From Azolla caroliniana (taxonomy: Eukaryota; Plantae; Polypodiophyta): a DNA stretch of 64,000 nt. Position 1 is the stretch's first letter; each line of letters starts with the position of its first letter. Below, one piece after another: positions 24,501-38,900 of this stretch. The notes under the pieces were generated by a model. It saw nothing but the letters and a program-made list of their open reading frames with translations. It did no database searches and had not been told where the DNA came from. The stretch lies in the NCBI GenBank assembly GCA_043228905.1, contig JBHGNT010000009.1:11718001-11782000 (forward strand), given 5' to 3'. Position numbers and translations under genes: made by a program.

Positions 24501-26976
24501 AAGATAAGTAATTGATTTCTTGAAGAACTCGCATTTTGAGATCTTCGCATAAAACTGCTTGTCACGCAATGTTTGTAAAACAAAGCGGACATGTTTAGAA
24601 TGTTCTTGTAATGTACGGTTATAAACTAAAATATCATCCAAGAAAATAACGACAAATTTTCCAAGTTGTTCTTGGAAAATGTCATTCATTTCTTGTTGAA
24701 ATTTAGCCAAAGCATTGATCAAACCAAAAGGCATAACCAAAAACTCATAATGGCCATAGCGCGTACGAAATGCCGTTTTAGGAACATAGTCCTCACTTAT
24801 ACAAATTTGATGGTAGCCAGTATAGAGATCAAGTTTCGTAAAATACTGAGCTCCCTGGAGATAGTCAATTAGATCGTCAGCCCGGGGCAATGGATACAAA
24901 TTCTTGATCGTCACTTTATTCAAGCGTCGGTAATTAATACACATACGCCATGTGCCCTCTTTCTTTTTAACCAAGAGAACTGGTGCACCCCATGGAGATT
25001 TACTATAACGTATATAACCCATTCGTAAATCGTGCTTGAGTTGCTTAGATACCTCATCCTCTTTGGATCGACTTAAGTGATAAGGAGGTATACTTATTGG
25101 TGCAACGCCAGGTACAATATCTATACGATGGCTATATTACGTTTAGGAGGTAACCCATTTGGTAGTTCAATCGGAAAAACATCACAAAAATCATTTAAGA
25201 TTTCATCAAGTTGTTGTTGTTCAAAATATGTTAATTGAACCGAGACATTATCGATATTGTAAACGTGAATGTCCGGATCAAGTACACAATAAAATAGAGT
25301 AGAACAAGACAACTCGGATATTGATGGAGAGGAAACAATCGAGAGGGATTGTTTTTTTACACATTGAATAAAATGAGTACAGTCGTTCAGTACAAATGTA
25401 ATTGAATGATGAACCCAATCAATAGATAATGAAGAGTTTTTATTATAGAACCAGGGATAACCCAGTAAGTATTACATCAGTGGTACAAAGATTCATTACA
25501 TGGAATGCTACTTCCTTTATATAAGTGTCAATAGAAATTCCTAATTGTTGAGCGGCAAGCTCAACTGGAGCCGGATCGGCTGAATAAGCCTGAGCCGGCA
25601 AGCGAGACGGATCGGTAAGCCGGCAAGCAACAGAGCCGGTTAGCCGGATCCAATCGGTAACCGGAAGCCTAGTATTAGTTTAGACTACTAGGCAATTATA
25701 GTCTCGTAGTCAGTGTCAGAAGCTCGTGTGAGCATTGAAGTACGTGGTACTTCTGTCAGTCCCATGAGGACTTGTATAAATAGTGCTACTGAGCACAGTT
25801 GTAAAACACAGAGTGATTATATCGTTTTGAATATAACTCTTACGTTCTACTCTCTCTGTCTCTCCCGTGTACTCCTTGTATTCCCTACTTCCTCTATTTT
25901 CTAACGTTTCCGCAAGTAATCATTTACATGGTATCAGAGCGCGAGGGTTGAGAACCTCTGCAGCCGACAAACGCTTGAAAGCAAACCCTAATAGGTCGTA
26001 AGAACAACAGAAAAGAAGTGATGGATAGAGGGATGGCTAACTCGCTCCCTGTGGAGAAACTCGATAGATCCAACTATGCATCTTGGTCGTATAAGATGCA
26101 CCAGTACCTGCTTGGGCATGGCTACTGGAGTTTTGTCGAAGGAGCCAACGAAACAACACTTGATGCAGCAAGGGCAATGTTGGAGGAGAAGAGCATGCCC
26201 AAATTCTACTGGGCGGAGGCAGTCCAAACGGCTATCTACATCCAGAACCGGATCGGTGACAAGGTGTCAGCTCATGAGCTGTATTTCGAGTGCAAGCCGA
26301 ATTTGAGACACCTTAAGATCTTCGGTAGCATTGCATATGTGCATGTACCGGAGGAGAAGCGGAGGAAGCTGGATGCAAAATCGAAAAAATGCATCCTAAT
26401 CGGCTACGCTCAAGAGCAGAAGGGTTATAAGTGTTATAACCCCCTGACAAAGCAGGTCCGAGTTAGTCGAGATGTCGAGTTCGATGAATCGGCATCATGG
26501 TATTCCTTGCCGACTCCGACTTCCGATTCCGACCCAATGCCGGTGGATGAGGCTAGTGAGCCTGAACCGACCCAGGTAGAGGATGATGAAGCGTGGACTC
26601 AGGATGAGAGTCCGGAATCGTTCTGGTTGAGCAGGCCAAACAAGAGATTGAGTCAATCTGACCAGTCCGATGAGGAACCGGCGAGTAGTGGAGACTTTGC
26701 CATGCACTCCCCGCCCAAGGAACCAAGGCGACGGTTCATGCGCAAGGAGAAGGGGAAGAAGAAGATGTCGGAATTCGAAACCGGCAATGATGAGTCGGAT
26801 TAGTGTGCATCCGACTCCGGCAAGGAGAAAGGCGGATCTTCGGCAACGAAAACCGAACCGGCCAAGAAGGGCCTCAAACCGGGTAACAGTGAGTTACGTC
26901 GGTCCACCCGCCAGAAGGATCCCGTCAAGCGGTGTCGTGAAGAAAACCGGCCATAGGCGGATTCAAGCGGTGTCGT

Positions 26977-27325
26977 GAAGCGGATTTCGGATACCGTCTG
27001 AAACCGACTCGACTTGAGCTTGAGGGGGCGTGTTGAGAATCAAGCTCAACTTGGTCTAGTGTGTGAACTCACCTTGAGAGTGAAGAGACACTCCAACGGT
27101 CAAGAGTCACCATTATGCCACCACTTTGTATTCTTGCATTTAGTATGAGTCATAGAATCATATTCTATGACACATAACTTATGAGCCTTCACATTCCCCA
27201 TGCTCCATGAGGAATGTTGTTAATGAAGAGAGAGGGTGACTACATAAAGCACCCTCCTCCCACCTTGTAATAGGTTGAGTCTTTCTCCTTTGTCAATATA
27301 CTTTTAACCTTGCGTATACTCTGTC

Positions 27326-27370
<45 letters not shown>

Positions 27371-27422
27371 AACAGTTCACACCTATTCCGCTTCACAAGA
27401 ATCCATTTCTTCATTCTTTACA
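26977..27422 (+). mobile_element. Second copy of the Copia-D 3' end (internal tail + PPT + LTR) inside the Gypsy-C 5' LTR
   Basis: 26977-27030 matches 43885-43938. LTR 27031-27422 is followed by the same ATTCA TSD and the same Gypsy-C LTR continuation as at 44333 onward. Confidence 0.93.
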
Positions 27423-29983
27423 ATTCATAAATGGATCAACTGATGTAAATACTAAGTAGTGCACATTTAGTAGGAGGGATTGTGCATATCTCTGTCAGAA
27501 GGGACAGGGAATAAAGCGATTTGACTAGGGAAAAGGGGAACGATTTAAGGAGAGGAGAGAAGGAAGAGTGGGGGGGATCTCGCGTTAAGGAGGACGAAGT
27601 GTTGGAGGACCGAGGGCCGAACTCTATCTCCTCCTCCAACGGTCATTCTCCGTGGGTGCGGGGAAATTCCACGCCTTTGCTTTGTGGGTAGCCCGTGCGC
27701 TGCCAGTAGAGGCTTTCCCTTCTGCGTTTCTCTAGGTCCAGTGTGTTCCGTCTGTGTGCGTGAGTAGGGTCCCCGTGTCGGGTCCATCGCCGCCTTGCCG
27801 GTTATAACCGTCGAAGTTTGTAATCCCTTGTGATGGTAATCTCTTGTTTTTGTAATCCCTTGTTATTGTAATCAAGTGTTCTGTTCTATTTCTCTCCTTC
27901 TCGCTTCTGTGTGTTTGTGAATCTCTCGCTCTCTCTCTCTCTCGCTCCTTGGTCCAAGACCCCCGTGGTCCCGCCCTTCTACGCGCACGCGCAAAACTTT
28001 GCGACATATTTGGTGAACCCGACGTGAATGGGCGGAAAAGGAGTCAAAAGATGAGGGGATCGGAGCTAGCAGAGGCAATGGCGGTAGCCGTCGACCGGTT
28101 GGTAAGCGCTCGTGAGGGGACGGGTACCCTCGACAAAGCCATTGAATCGATCGTCGGCTCTATAGACTGGTTCGGAGGGAAAGACGCCACAAGTTATTTG
28201 GAGGCTTACCAGGCCGAAATGATCATGAGGGATATCCTGGTGGATAGGCGGTTGTTCGGATTCCCTCGGGTGGTGACGTCGGGCATCCACACGGAGGTGC
28301 TCGAGGTGCTGGCCGGATGCCAGAATTGGGAGTAGTTCGAGCTGTAGCTCCTTGAAAAGTACGGGTTTGACGACTCGCTTCGGCTGTCGAGGCAGGACTT
28401 CATGGCGTGGGTGGAAAGCCTTGGAAAAGGGAGGAACACGTCGGTGCTCCTCCAGGAGTTCGAAAGACGGTTCACGCGGCTGTCGACGCTGGACTGGACG
28501 GTGCTTGAAACGAGTCGAGTACTACTGTTTGTCAAGTCCATGGACGCGCTCGACAGGGAAAAGGTGGGTCCCCTATTGGAAACGTACGAAGGGCTCACGA
28601 AAGACTGGGCCGTGGTAAAACGGGTCTGCAACTGTTTCGAGAAACGGCGTGATTGAAGCGATGGAAGCTCGAGGAGCCGGTATTGGTGTCGGCCGGCAGG
28701 AAGGAAGAGACCCGAATTTGGCCAGAGTCGGGGTCGGCATCGAAGGACGTGGTCAGAGGCTCATCCGGAGGAGTGGCTCTGGAGGAGCTGACACAGATCG
28801 CACAGGCCCGGAGAGACAACGACGAACAACCCTAAACCCTAAACCGGAGGCCGCCGGCTGGGCAGCGGTGCATGAGGTGTGACGTGATCGGTCACGTTCG
28901 GAAGGATTGCGTGGATTTCGCTGACGCGCTCAGGACCAACGTGGTGTACCTCTGGAACGGGCGAGTGCACGCGAGCGAGACTTGGAGAGCCCTAGAACTA
29001 AATACGGGGCGCGACGGAATGAAGAGGCTGATGGAAGAGGCCGCGGCACGGCACGTTGAAGCCGTTAACTACTCAGTATCGGCGGGAATTTGGGTCGGGG
29101 GTGATGAGACCCGGAAGGCGAAGGACTCCGGATTCTGGCTGCTAGTGCTAGAAGGCCTCTCCGGAGTTCGGCTGAAGAAGGAAGAGGGGGACTGCGCGGA
29201 TTAGAGGGTCCAGGAGGTCACTGGTTGGGACGATCCGATCGAAGAGAAAATAGGCTTCGTAGAAGCCACTTGCCAGAACTATGAGGTTCTGGTGGAGGAC
29301 AAACGGGCAGGAAAGGCCGGAGGGGTCGGTCCCCCGCAGAGGTATGAGACCCGGTTCGGACCGAAACTGACCGGTGCCGGCAACCCAGGCGCGCCGGACG
29401 GAAAGAAGCAGGCGGGGTTTCGGTTGAGCACCGAAATCGAAAGGACCACAGACTTGCGAAAGGTCCTGGAGGAACGTATCCTCGATAGTAAAGTGGAGCT
29501 GTCGTTACGGGAGGTGCTGGGAATCGCCAAGAGGGAGTTCCACGACTCCATCGTAGACTTGGTGAAGCGGAAGAGGTTCTCGACGGAGCCAGAACTGGAG
29601 AAGCCGATGGAGGTGCAGACTACGCACTTAGAAGACGTGGCCCTAGAAGACGAGTTGGTGGAAAGCCACTATGCGAAGCCGCATTGGGCCAGGGCAACTA
29701 CGGAAACCCCTGTGCGGATTGGCGACGTTCCGGAACCGGTGGTGGCCTTGGTAGACCATGGATCCGAAATCAACCTTATGTCCATGCATTTTTACAACAG
29801 GGGTAAATGGCCGATCAACACCAAGCATGGGTGGAAGATATGCGCGGCGATGCGTGCTACGGAGGAGTTGCATGGTGCGTGCCCGAATATACGCGTAAAG
29901 GTCGGTGACGTCGAGATAGATCAACATTTCTTCGTGCAGGAAACATCCTCGCACCCGGTGATTCTCGGCGAACCATACATTAT

Positions 29984-32900
29984 TGTTAACGTAAGTGTTT
30001 GCAGAAGCGTAAAACAGAGAACAACACACAGAGAGAGGGAGAGAGACAGAGAGACAGAGAGAGCAGAACATAATTTCAAAATTATATCAAGGCTCAGTGT
30101 ATACACTGTGCTAAGTAGCACTATTTATACAAGTCCTCTTGGGACTGACAGAAGTACCATGTACTTCAATGTTCACACGAGCATCTGACACTTACTACGA
30201 GACTATAGCTACCTGGTAGTCTATCCTATACTAGGCTTCCGATTGGACTGCCGGTTACGGATTGCACCCGGCCTCCACTGCTTGCCGGTTCGGTTGCTCA
30301 CCGTCATACCGATCCGTTTCGCCCGATCCGTCTCGCTTACCGGCTCCGGCTTATTCAACCGATCCGGCTCCGGTTGAGCTTGCCGCTCAACACTCCCCCT
30401 CAAGCTCAACCTGAGGTGGGGTCGTAGTGTCGACCTCTGTGGCAGTCGGTTCTTCCAACCGACTTCTCCTGGTGTCACTTCGCCTTGCTCGCGCTCCTCG
30501 TCCGGTCCGGTCCCGTTTGCCGCGACCCCTTTGGTTCTGCGCGCCTCGACCCTCTCGGTCAGCATGTCTGCTCAATAGACCCATCTCAGCACTCACGTTG
30601 CTGTGACTCCGACGCTTGCCGATCCGTCGGTTCTCCCACGATGGCATCGACTTCCGCTGTGTCCGTGTCCTCTTGGCCTTCAGTCGATCCGACTCATCCG
30701 GATCCATCTGTTGATCCGAGTCAGCTGTCTCCGACTCGTTCCAGCTCTTGTCCGAATTGGTACACTCCGATTCGACTTCCGGCTTCATGCCTCTCACCAC
30801 ATCGGACCACTTTCGAGTCTTGGCCTTCTTCATGCTTCCCTCGGCTTCTTCAGCCGGTGAACCGAAATCGAATTCTTCATTCGACTCCGTATCATGGTCA
30901 GTATCGTCGTGATGACCTCCGCACAACATGCACTTCTCTTCCTGAGTGCACAACTCTTCTTCACAGCCGCTTGCTCCGACCTATTCGGATGTGTCGACTT
31001 CCTTCGTCGACTCGGCTTCCTTCATCTTCTTGTCTCCTCTTCTTCCGGCTCTCCTCTTACCGACGGGTTCGACAGTTTTTTTGCCTTTGCCCGTTTCGAT
31101 AGAGACTTTGCCCTTGCTTCTCCCCCTCAAGTGCGGCACGTCGAGATGCTGAATACCAAGCATGTCGGTAAAGTGCTGCAACTTGTCCGATCCGAGCGGC
31201 TTGGTGAAGATGTCGGCAACTTGCCGATCCGTATGAACATACCGTAGGTCAACTTCACCGCTCAGGACCTGCTCACGCACGAAGTGGTAGTGCACCTCGA
31301 TGTGCTTTGTGCGAGCATGGAACACAGGGTTCCTGGCGAGCTGCAGGCTGCTCATGTTATCGCAGTAAATCGGGATCGGGGTCGGTACCTCGATCCGCAA
31401 GTCTCGCAGCAGTCGCCGAACCCAGATGGCTTCACAAGTGGCAACGGTAGCGGCCCGGTACTCAGCCTTAGTGCTTGACAAAGCCACTGTGGGCTGCTTC
31501 TTGCTGCTCCACGCAACGGTCGCGCTACCTATGGAGAACATGTATCCGGAAGTGGAGCGGCGATCAGACGCATCGCCGGCCCAGTCAACATCTATGTAAC
31601 CGACAAGCTATTTGGGTATACCTCGCCGGTATAGCAGTCCCCGGTCCTTAGTGCCGCTGACATACCGTAATATTCGTTGCGCGCACTGAAGGTGCTCCAC
31701 GGTCAGCTTCTGCATGAACTGACTTACCATGCCGACCGGATAGCTGATGTCGGGTCGGGTGATGGTTAAGTAGATCAGGTTTCCGACAACCTGTCGGAAC
31801 CGTTTCTCATTGCAGGCCGGTCCGGAGTGGGGACAGAGCTTTTGATTCCGGTCCAGGGGTGTGGAGACAGGTCGGCAATCCGTCATGCCGAACTTATACA
31901 GCATATTCAACACGTAATGTCGTTGTGAGAGCAATATGCCGTCGGGGGTCCGGATCACTTCGATCCCAAGAAAATAATGAAGGTCCCCTAGGTCCTTCAT
32001 TTCGAATGTGTCTGACAACTGGGACTTGACGCGGTTGATTTCGGGAAGACCCGGTCTGGTGATGACTAAATCATCCACATACAAGAGTATACATATTAGA
32101 CTGTCAGAGCCTTGCCGGATGAACAATGAAGAGTCCGACTTAGAGACAGCAAACCCCAGCTTACGCAACCGGTGCGTGATCTTCGCGTTCCAAGCTCGGG
32201 GGGCTTGCTTCAAGCCGTAAAGCGACTTCTTCAGTCGGCATACCGCCGACTTGTTCATCTCCGATTGAAATCCGGGGGGCTGAGTCATAAAGACTTCTTC
32301 TTCAAGCTCTCCTTGAAGGAAGGCGTTCTTCACATCCATTTGGTGAAGATGCCACCCCCTTGCCGCAGCAACCGCCAGTACCACACGAACCGTTGTCATC
32401 TTCGCCACAGGAGCGAAGGTCTCGTCGTAGTCGATTCCGTGGGTCTGCGCGTATCCCTTCGCCACTAACCGGGCTTTGTACCGGTTAACAGAACCGTCGG
32501 CGTTGTACTTGACCTTGTACACCCACTTGCATCCGATTGGTTTACAGTGACGGGGAGGATCAACTAGGTCCCAAGTTTTGTTGGCATCGAGTGCCCGCAT
32601 TTCTTCGTCCATAGCGGCACGCCAATTTGCGTCCTTTGCCGCTTCTGCGTAGCTCTCTGGCTCACGCACTTCTGTCACCTTAGTCATGTACGCATAATGA
32701 TGCGCCATGTATTCATTGTACCCGTACCGTATGATGGGATCCTTCTGGCGGGTTGATCGGCGCAACGCACCGTCACCTGATTTGAGGCCCTTCTTGGCCA
32801 GTTCGGTCTTCGTTGCCGAAGATCCGCCTTGCTCCTTTCCGGAGTCGGATACGCACCGATCCGACTCATCGTTGCCGGTTTCGAATTCCGGCATCTTCCT

Positions 32901-35900
32901 CTTCCCCTTCTCTTTGCGGTGAACCGTTTCCTCGGTGCTTTGCGCGGGGAGAGCACGACAGAGTCTCCACCACTTGCCGTCTCTTCATCCGACTGGTCCA
33001 ACCAACTCAGTCGCTCGTTCGGTCCACTTAACCGTAATGATTCCGGACTCTCATCTTGAGTCCCGGCTTCATCATCCTCTGCCAGGGCTGATTCAGGCTC
33101 ACTGGCCTGATCTTCCGGCATTGGGTCGGGATCGGAAGACCCAGTCGGTACGGAGTACCAGGATGTCGATTCGTCGAACTCGACATCCCGGCTAACTTGG
33201 ACTTCCTTCGTCCGGGGGTTATAGCACTTATACCCCTTTTGCTCTTGAGCATAGCCGACTAGGATGCATTTTTCCGATTTTGCATCCAGCTTTCTCCGCT
33301 TCTGATCCGGCACATGCACATACGCTATGCTGCCGAATATCCGAAGGTGTCTTAAGTTCGGCTTGCGCCCGAAATACAGCTCATGAGCTGACACCTTGTC
33401 ACCAATGCGGTTTTGTATGTAGACGGCCGTCTGGACCGCCTCCGCCCAGTAGAACCGGGGCATGCTCTTCTCCTCCAGCATTGCCCTTGCCGCTTCGACG
33501 AGTGTCCGGTTCTTCCTTTCGGCCACACCGTTTTGCTCCGGTGTGTATCTGCAGCTGAACTCTCGCCGAATTCCCTTCTGCTGTAGATAACTAGTGAATT
33601 GGCCGGAAAAATATTCCTTTCCGCCATCCGACCGAAGGCATTTGATCTTCCTCTCCGATTCCCATTCCACCATCTTTTGGAGGCTTCGGAAACAGTCGAA
33701 GACTTCGCTCTTCCGCTCAATGAGGTAGATCCAAGTATGTCGAGTATAGTCGTCGATGAAGGAGACGAAGTATCGGCTCCCGCCAAGGCTTACACTTTGT
33801 GCCGGTCCCCACACATCCGAATGGATGAGATCGAGCTTGTTACGGCTCCGGTTCCGTTCGGTGGGGAATGGAAGCCGGTGTTGCTTCCCAAGTTGGCAGG
33901 CTTCACAAATTTCGGCTCTCCAGCCTCTGAACTTCGGCAAACCGAAAACGACTTGTTTCGTTTGCAGGTCTTGAAGCCTCCGGTAGTTGACGTGGCCTAT
34001 CTGCTTGTGCCACAGGTCGATGTCCGACTCGAACTTCTGTCGTTTTGCGAACAGAGCGGTGCCAAAGTCATTGGTGTTGAGGATAAACATCCTCCCGTCT
34101 CTGCGCCCTTGCGCAATGACTTCACCCTCATCCTCAATGAAGCACCCGAGGTGCGTAAACCGCACCTGCATCCCCTAGTCGACAATCTGACCGATGGACA
34201 CCAGGTTCTTCGTGATTGTCGGAACGTGTAATACATTCATCAGCTTCCCTTTCTGTCCGACGTGGCTTAGAGGGACTTCTCCGATGTGTACGATTGGGTG
34301 AGGAGTGTCGTCTCCGGTTTCGACTACTCCTGGTTGATCCGGTTTCTCCAGAAAGGAGAACCACTTTTGTGGCTCGTCATGTGGTTCGACGCGCCGGAAT
34401 CAACATACCATACTTCCTCCGTTTTGGAAGTGGTCTTCTTCATTGAGTTTGCCTTGTGATTGATCACCAAGGCTAGCCCCTTACCGGCCTTTCCGGTTCC
34501 GGATCCTCGTGATCCGTTTGCGTAGTGCGAGTTTTGTCAGCCATCCTTACCGGTCTTGCCGGATCCGGATTTGTCCAAATCGGCACGCTTTCTCCAGCAC
34601 TCTCTTTCCCTATGGCCTCTTTTGCCACAGTACCAGCATTCCGTAGCGGATTTGTCTTGCCGGCCTCCGGCACCGCCTTGACTCCCCCTACTTGTGGAAG
34701 TCCCGGAACTGCTGTCGGCACGCTCATAGTGCCTTCGTTCCAGCTATTGCCGGCCGCCTCCATTGCGTGCCGACTCACCTCTTCCACCACGCCCACGAAA
34801 CAGATCTGTTCCCGTGTACAACATTCGGCTGTCCGGGGATGCACTGGTAGATGCACCGGCGTGGTTCTCCTCTACAAGGAGCATCGACTGTAAGTTGAAG
34901 AATGAGGGGGTATTCTCCCTTGTACACACCGCAGTCCAGAACGCTCCGAACTTGGACGCCAGGCCTCCGAGACATACCTGCACCATCTCGTCTTCCTCTA
35001 CGGTAACATTGATAGAGGCGAGCGAGTCGCAGATCTCCTTTATCCGGCCCGTGTAGTCTGCCACGGACATGTTCTTCTGTCGAACATTGCTCAACTCTTG
35101 TCTAAGTTGCAGCTTCCGGGCAGTGGTGCTTGCGGCGAAAACCTTTTTCAGGTTCCCCCAAGCATCCTTTGGTGTCTTGGCGTCATGGATGTGGCAGAGC
35201 AGCTGATCGCCGACACTGGACGCGAAGCAGTACATCACCCTGCTTGCCGCCTGTTCCTATACCGGGAAGTCCTTGTGTGCCGAGTCGGGTGCCGCATCAT
35301 TCGCTCCTTCGACATAACTCCAATACCCGTGTCCAAGCAAGTACTGGTGCATCTTGTAAGACCAGGATGCGTAGTTGCTCCTGTCAAGCTTCTCCACCGG
35401 GAGCGATGTAGCCATGCCTCTATCCATGTCTTCTACTGTGTCTGTTTTCGACCTGTTAGGGTTTTCTTCTCAAGAGTAAATGTCTGCAGCAGAGGTTCTC
35501 AACCCTCGCGCTCTGATACCATGTTAACGTAAGTGTTTGCAAAAGCGTAAAACAGAGAACAACACACAGAGAGAGGGAGAGAGAGAGAGAGAGAGCAGAA
35601 CATAATTTCAAAATTATATCAAGGCTCTGTGTATACACTGTGCTAAGTAGCACTATTTATACAAGTCCTCTTGGGACTGACAGAAGTACCATGTACTTCA
35701 ATGTTCACACGAGCATCTGACACTTACTACGAGACTATAGCTACCTAGTAGTCTATCCTATACTAGGCTTCCGATTGGACTGCCGGTTACGGATTGCACC
35801 CGGCCTCCACTGCTTGCCGGTTCGGTTGCTCACCGTCATACCGATCCGTTTCGCCCGATCCGTCTCGCTTACCGGCTCCAGCTTATTCAGCCGATCCGGC

Positions 35901-35924
35901 TCCGGTTGAGCTTGCCGCTCAACA
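29984..35924 (-). mobile_element. Copia-E, full-length (5.9 kb), apparently the youngest element, inserted just after the Gypsy-C protease motif
   Basis: LTRs 29984-30392 and 35522-35924, near-identical apart from a GA microsatellite and about 5 SNPs. TSD ATTAT; PBS 35510-35521; PPT 30393-30401. gag-PR-INT-RT-RH present with only a few stops and frameshifts. Confidence 0.96.
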
Positions 35925-38900
35925 ATTATGGCAGCACGCATGGAGACGAAGGTGCTGGACAACGGTTCAGTGTATGCATGCGTCAAGAGCCAGGACGGTC
36001 GGCATTCCGTCCAATTCATGACCGTACATCCGAACCATAAGAGGAATCGCGAGACCCTCGGCGGCGACAACCAAGGGGATTTTTAGAGAGGGCTATCAAG
36101 GCATGGGGCCGCGGTAGTCCGGACGAACCGGAAGAACCCCACACATGTACAGTAGGGAGGAAGTTTTGGTTTTCCGAAAACGGAGGTTGTACTATAGCCA
36201 GCGTTAGCGGCCGGGAAAGGAAGCGAGCGGAGGAGCGGCTCAGGGGATGCAGAGTCCTCTCCCCCGACGAAGGGATCGGCGACGCCGTGGAGGCGGTCTC
36301 TTTTGACGACACCTTGGGCAAGTTGCGAAAGGTGATCGGTGAAGACCCTAGAGAAGACCGGACCGTTCCGGTTAGTTCGATGGGAATGTACAAAGTCATT
36401 GCGGACTTCGGGGAAAGGATCGGATCGGATCGGACGGCCGGCGTGAGTACAAAGTACAAGACTGTGGACCGGAAGGTAAGGCCGGTCGCGACACCCTTGC
36501 CGGAGGGCAGCGAGGAGCGGATGAAGGGGGTCACGTCGGACCCAAGTTTACGGAATCCGACTTGCATAGGGCACCGGTTCACCGACATAACACTGCGGGA
36601 GCTCAAGGTCGGCGGGGGTGGCTTTCTACTGCCGGTAGAGGAGAATAGGTTTCAGAGAATGCTTGGAAGGCATGGGAAAGCCTTCGCGTTCTCGCCGGAG
36701 GAGATTGGGTGCGTAGACCCGACGATCGTCGAATCGATGGTGATCTTCACGGTACTGCATGTACTGTGGAATCTCAAACCGATTCCGGTGCCGAGAGCTC
36801 ACATCCCGAAGTTGATGGAGCTTCTGAAGCAAAAGGTGGAGATGGGCATCCTCGAACCGTCGAGTGCCCCGTATTCGAATCGGTGGTTTACAGTGCCAAA
36901 GAAGAACGGCACGCTGCGCTTCATTCAGGACCTGCAATCGGTCAACAGGGTGACCATCCGTAACGCAGGAATCGGACCGACCATAGACGAGTTCGCAGAG
37001 GCCTTCGCTGGAAGGTCGATCTATTCGGTCGGTGACTTATACTCGGGGTACGACCAGTTCCAGCTAGCAGTCGAGAGCAGGGATATCACGACGATGCGAA
37101 CCCCTCTCGGCCTAGTACGGATGTGTACCCTACTGCAAGGCGAGACGAATTCGGTGGCGCATATGGTGAACGCAATGAACAAGGTGTTCAGGGACTGCAT
37201 CCCGGACATCACCATGCCATTCTTGGACGATATCCTGATAAAGGGGTGTCCGGTGGATGACGCGGACGAGACTGTCGGGCCAGACGGATGCCGGAGGTTC
37301 GTCGTGAACCACATCAACGACTGTGAAAAGGTGCCGCAGAAGCTCGAAAACGCACGACTCACCTTCTCCGGAGAAAAATCAGCGTTCGGGTAGTCAGAGA
37401 TCTTGGTGGTCGGACACCTGTGCGGGCCCTACAGTAGGAAACCGTCTCCGGCAAAGGTGGAGGCCATCTCGGCGATGAGGGACGATTGCAGGTCGGTCAC
37501 GGAGGTCCGCAGATTCTTGGGAACATGCGCGTTCTACCACATCTGGGTTCCGCACTACACGCATGTTGCGGAGCCTCTCTACGGGCTATTGAAGAAAGGG
37601 CGTGGGTTCGAGTGGAGGACAGAGCACACAGAGTCGGTACGGAGACTAAAGGAGGCGCTTACGGTAGCACCGGCTCTCCGAAAAGCGGTTTACGGCAAGG
37701 ATGTCCCCATTTTCGTGACGGTGGACACGAGCCCGACCGGGATAGGTTGGGTAATCAGTCAAGAGGACAAGGACGGCGTACGGTTCCCGAACCGGTTCGG
37801 GGCGACGGTATTGAGCGAGCGGCGGCGAGGATACGCCCAAGTTAAGCGTGAGCTTTGGGGTATCGTTTCGGCAGTCAAGGCCGACAAGGACTATCTGATC
37901 GGGACGGAGGTGATCATCGAGACAGACTGCCTGCCGATACTCGGCATGGTTTTCGGATGTGCGACGCCGGACCTAGCAATGCTCTGGTGGATAGCGTACA
38001 TTAAGTCCCTGAACCCGGAAATACGGCACATATCCGGTAAAGATAACACCATGGCCGACATGCTTTCGAGAGCGAGGTTCAATGACAAAGATGACATGGT
38101 TTCGGATGATGAAGAAGTCGGCGAGGACTTCTTCGGGTCGGCTAACGTAACGACGAAGAAAGGGGACACTCTGGCGCTTAACGAATTTGACGAAAGCAGG
38201 TACGACGAGGAGTGGCGTGGGCGAGAGAAGAGGCGATGACGCCGGATGACGCCGGATGCAGCGTGGGCGAGAGATGAGGCGAGCCGGGTACGGAAGAAGG
38301 CGTACCGATTCTTCCTGCGGGACGGGTGTATATGGAGGTACCCAAAGAAGAAAAATGGCATCCCGCTCCGAGTAGTGGCAAAGAAAGAAGAACAGGGGGG
38401 ACTATTAGCGGCATTTCACGAGAGTCCCTAGGCTGGGCATCGCGGAACGTGGGCCACATTCGAGAAGCTAAAGGAGAAGTACTGGTGGCCGGGGCTGTAC
38501 CGGGACGTCCATCGGTTCGTAACGACTTGCGAAAGCTGTTAGATGCACTTCGTAGTCCGACATCGGGACGAGCTACACCCGACCTACCCGCCTACGGTCC
38601 ATTTCAAGTGGATGGTAGACTTGGTGACGATGCCGATGGGAGTAGGACAGATGTGATACCTGGTGCTTGCGCGAGAAGACTTAACGAACCAGGTGGAAGG
38701 CCGTGCACTGCAGAACAAGACAACCACGGCGGTATGCCGGTTCCTGATCGAAGAGGTAGTGTGTCGGTACAGGTGCGTCGGGAGGATCGTGGCGGACCGG
38801 GGAGAGTTGGATGCATGAGAAGCTGAGGAGATGTTTGACCGACTAGGGGTCAGACTCTCCCTCACTACGGCATACAATCCGGAGGCGAACGGAAAGGTAG

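Noticed and set aside
30387-30983. Separate env-like ORF expressed by stop-codon readthrough
   Set aside because: There is no transmembrane segment, the stops fall at different positions in different copies and look like CAG>TAG decay, and one copy is open from RNase H.
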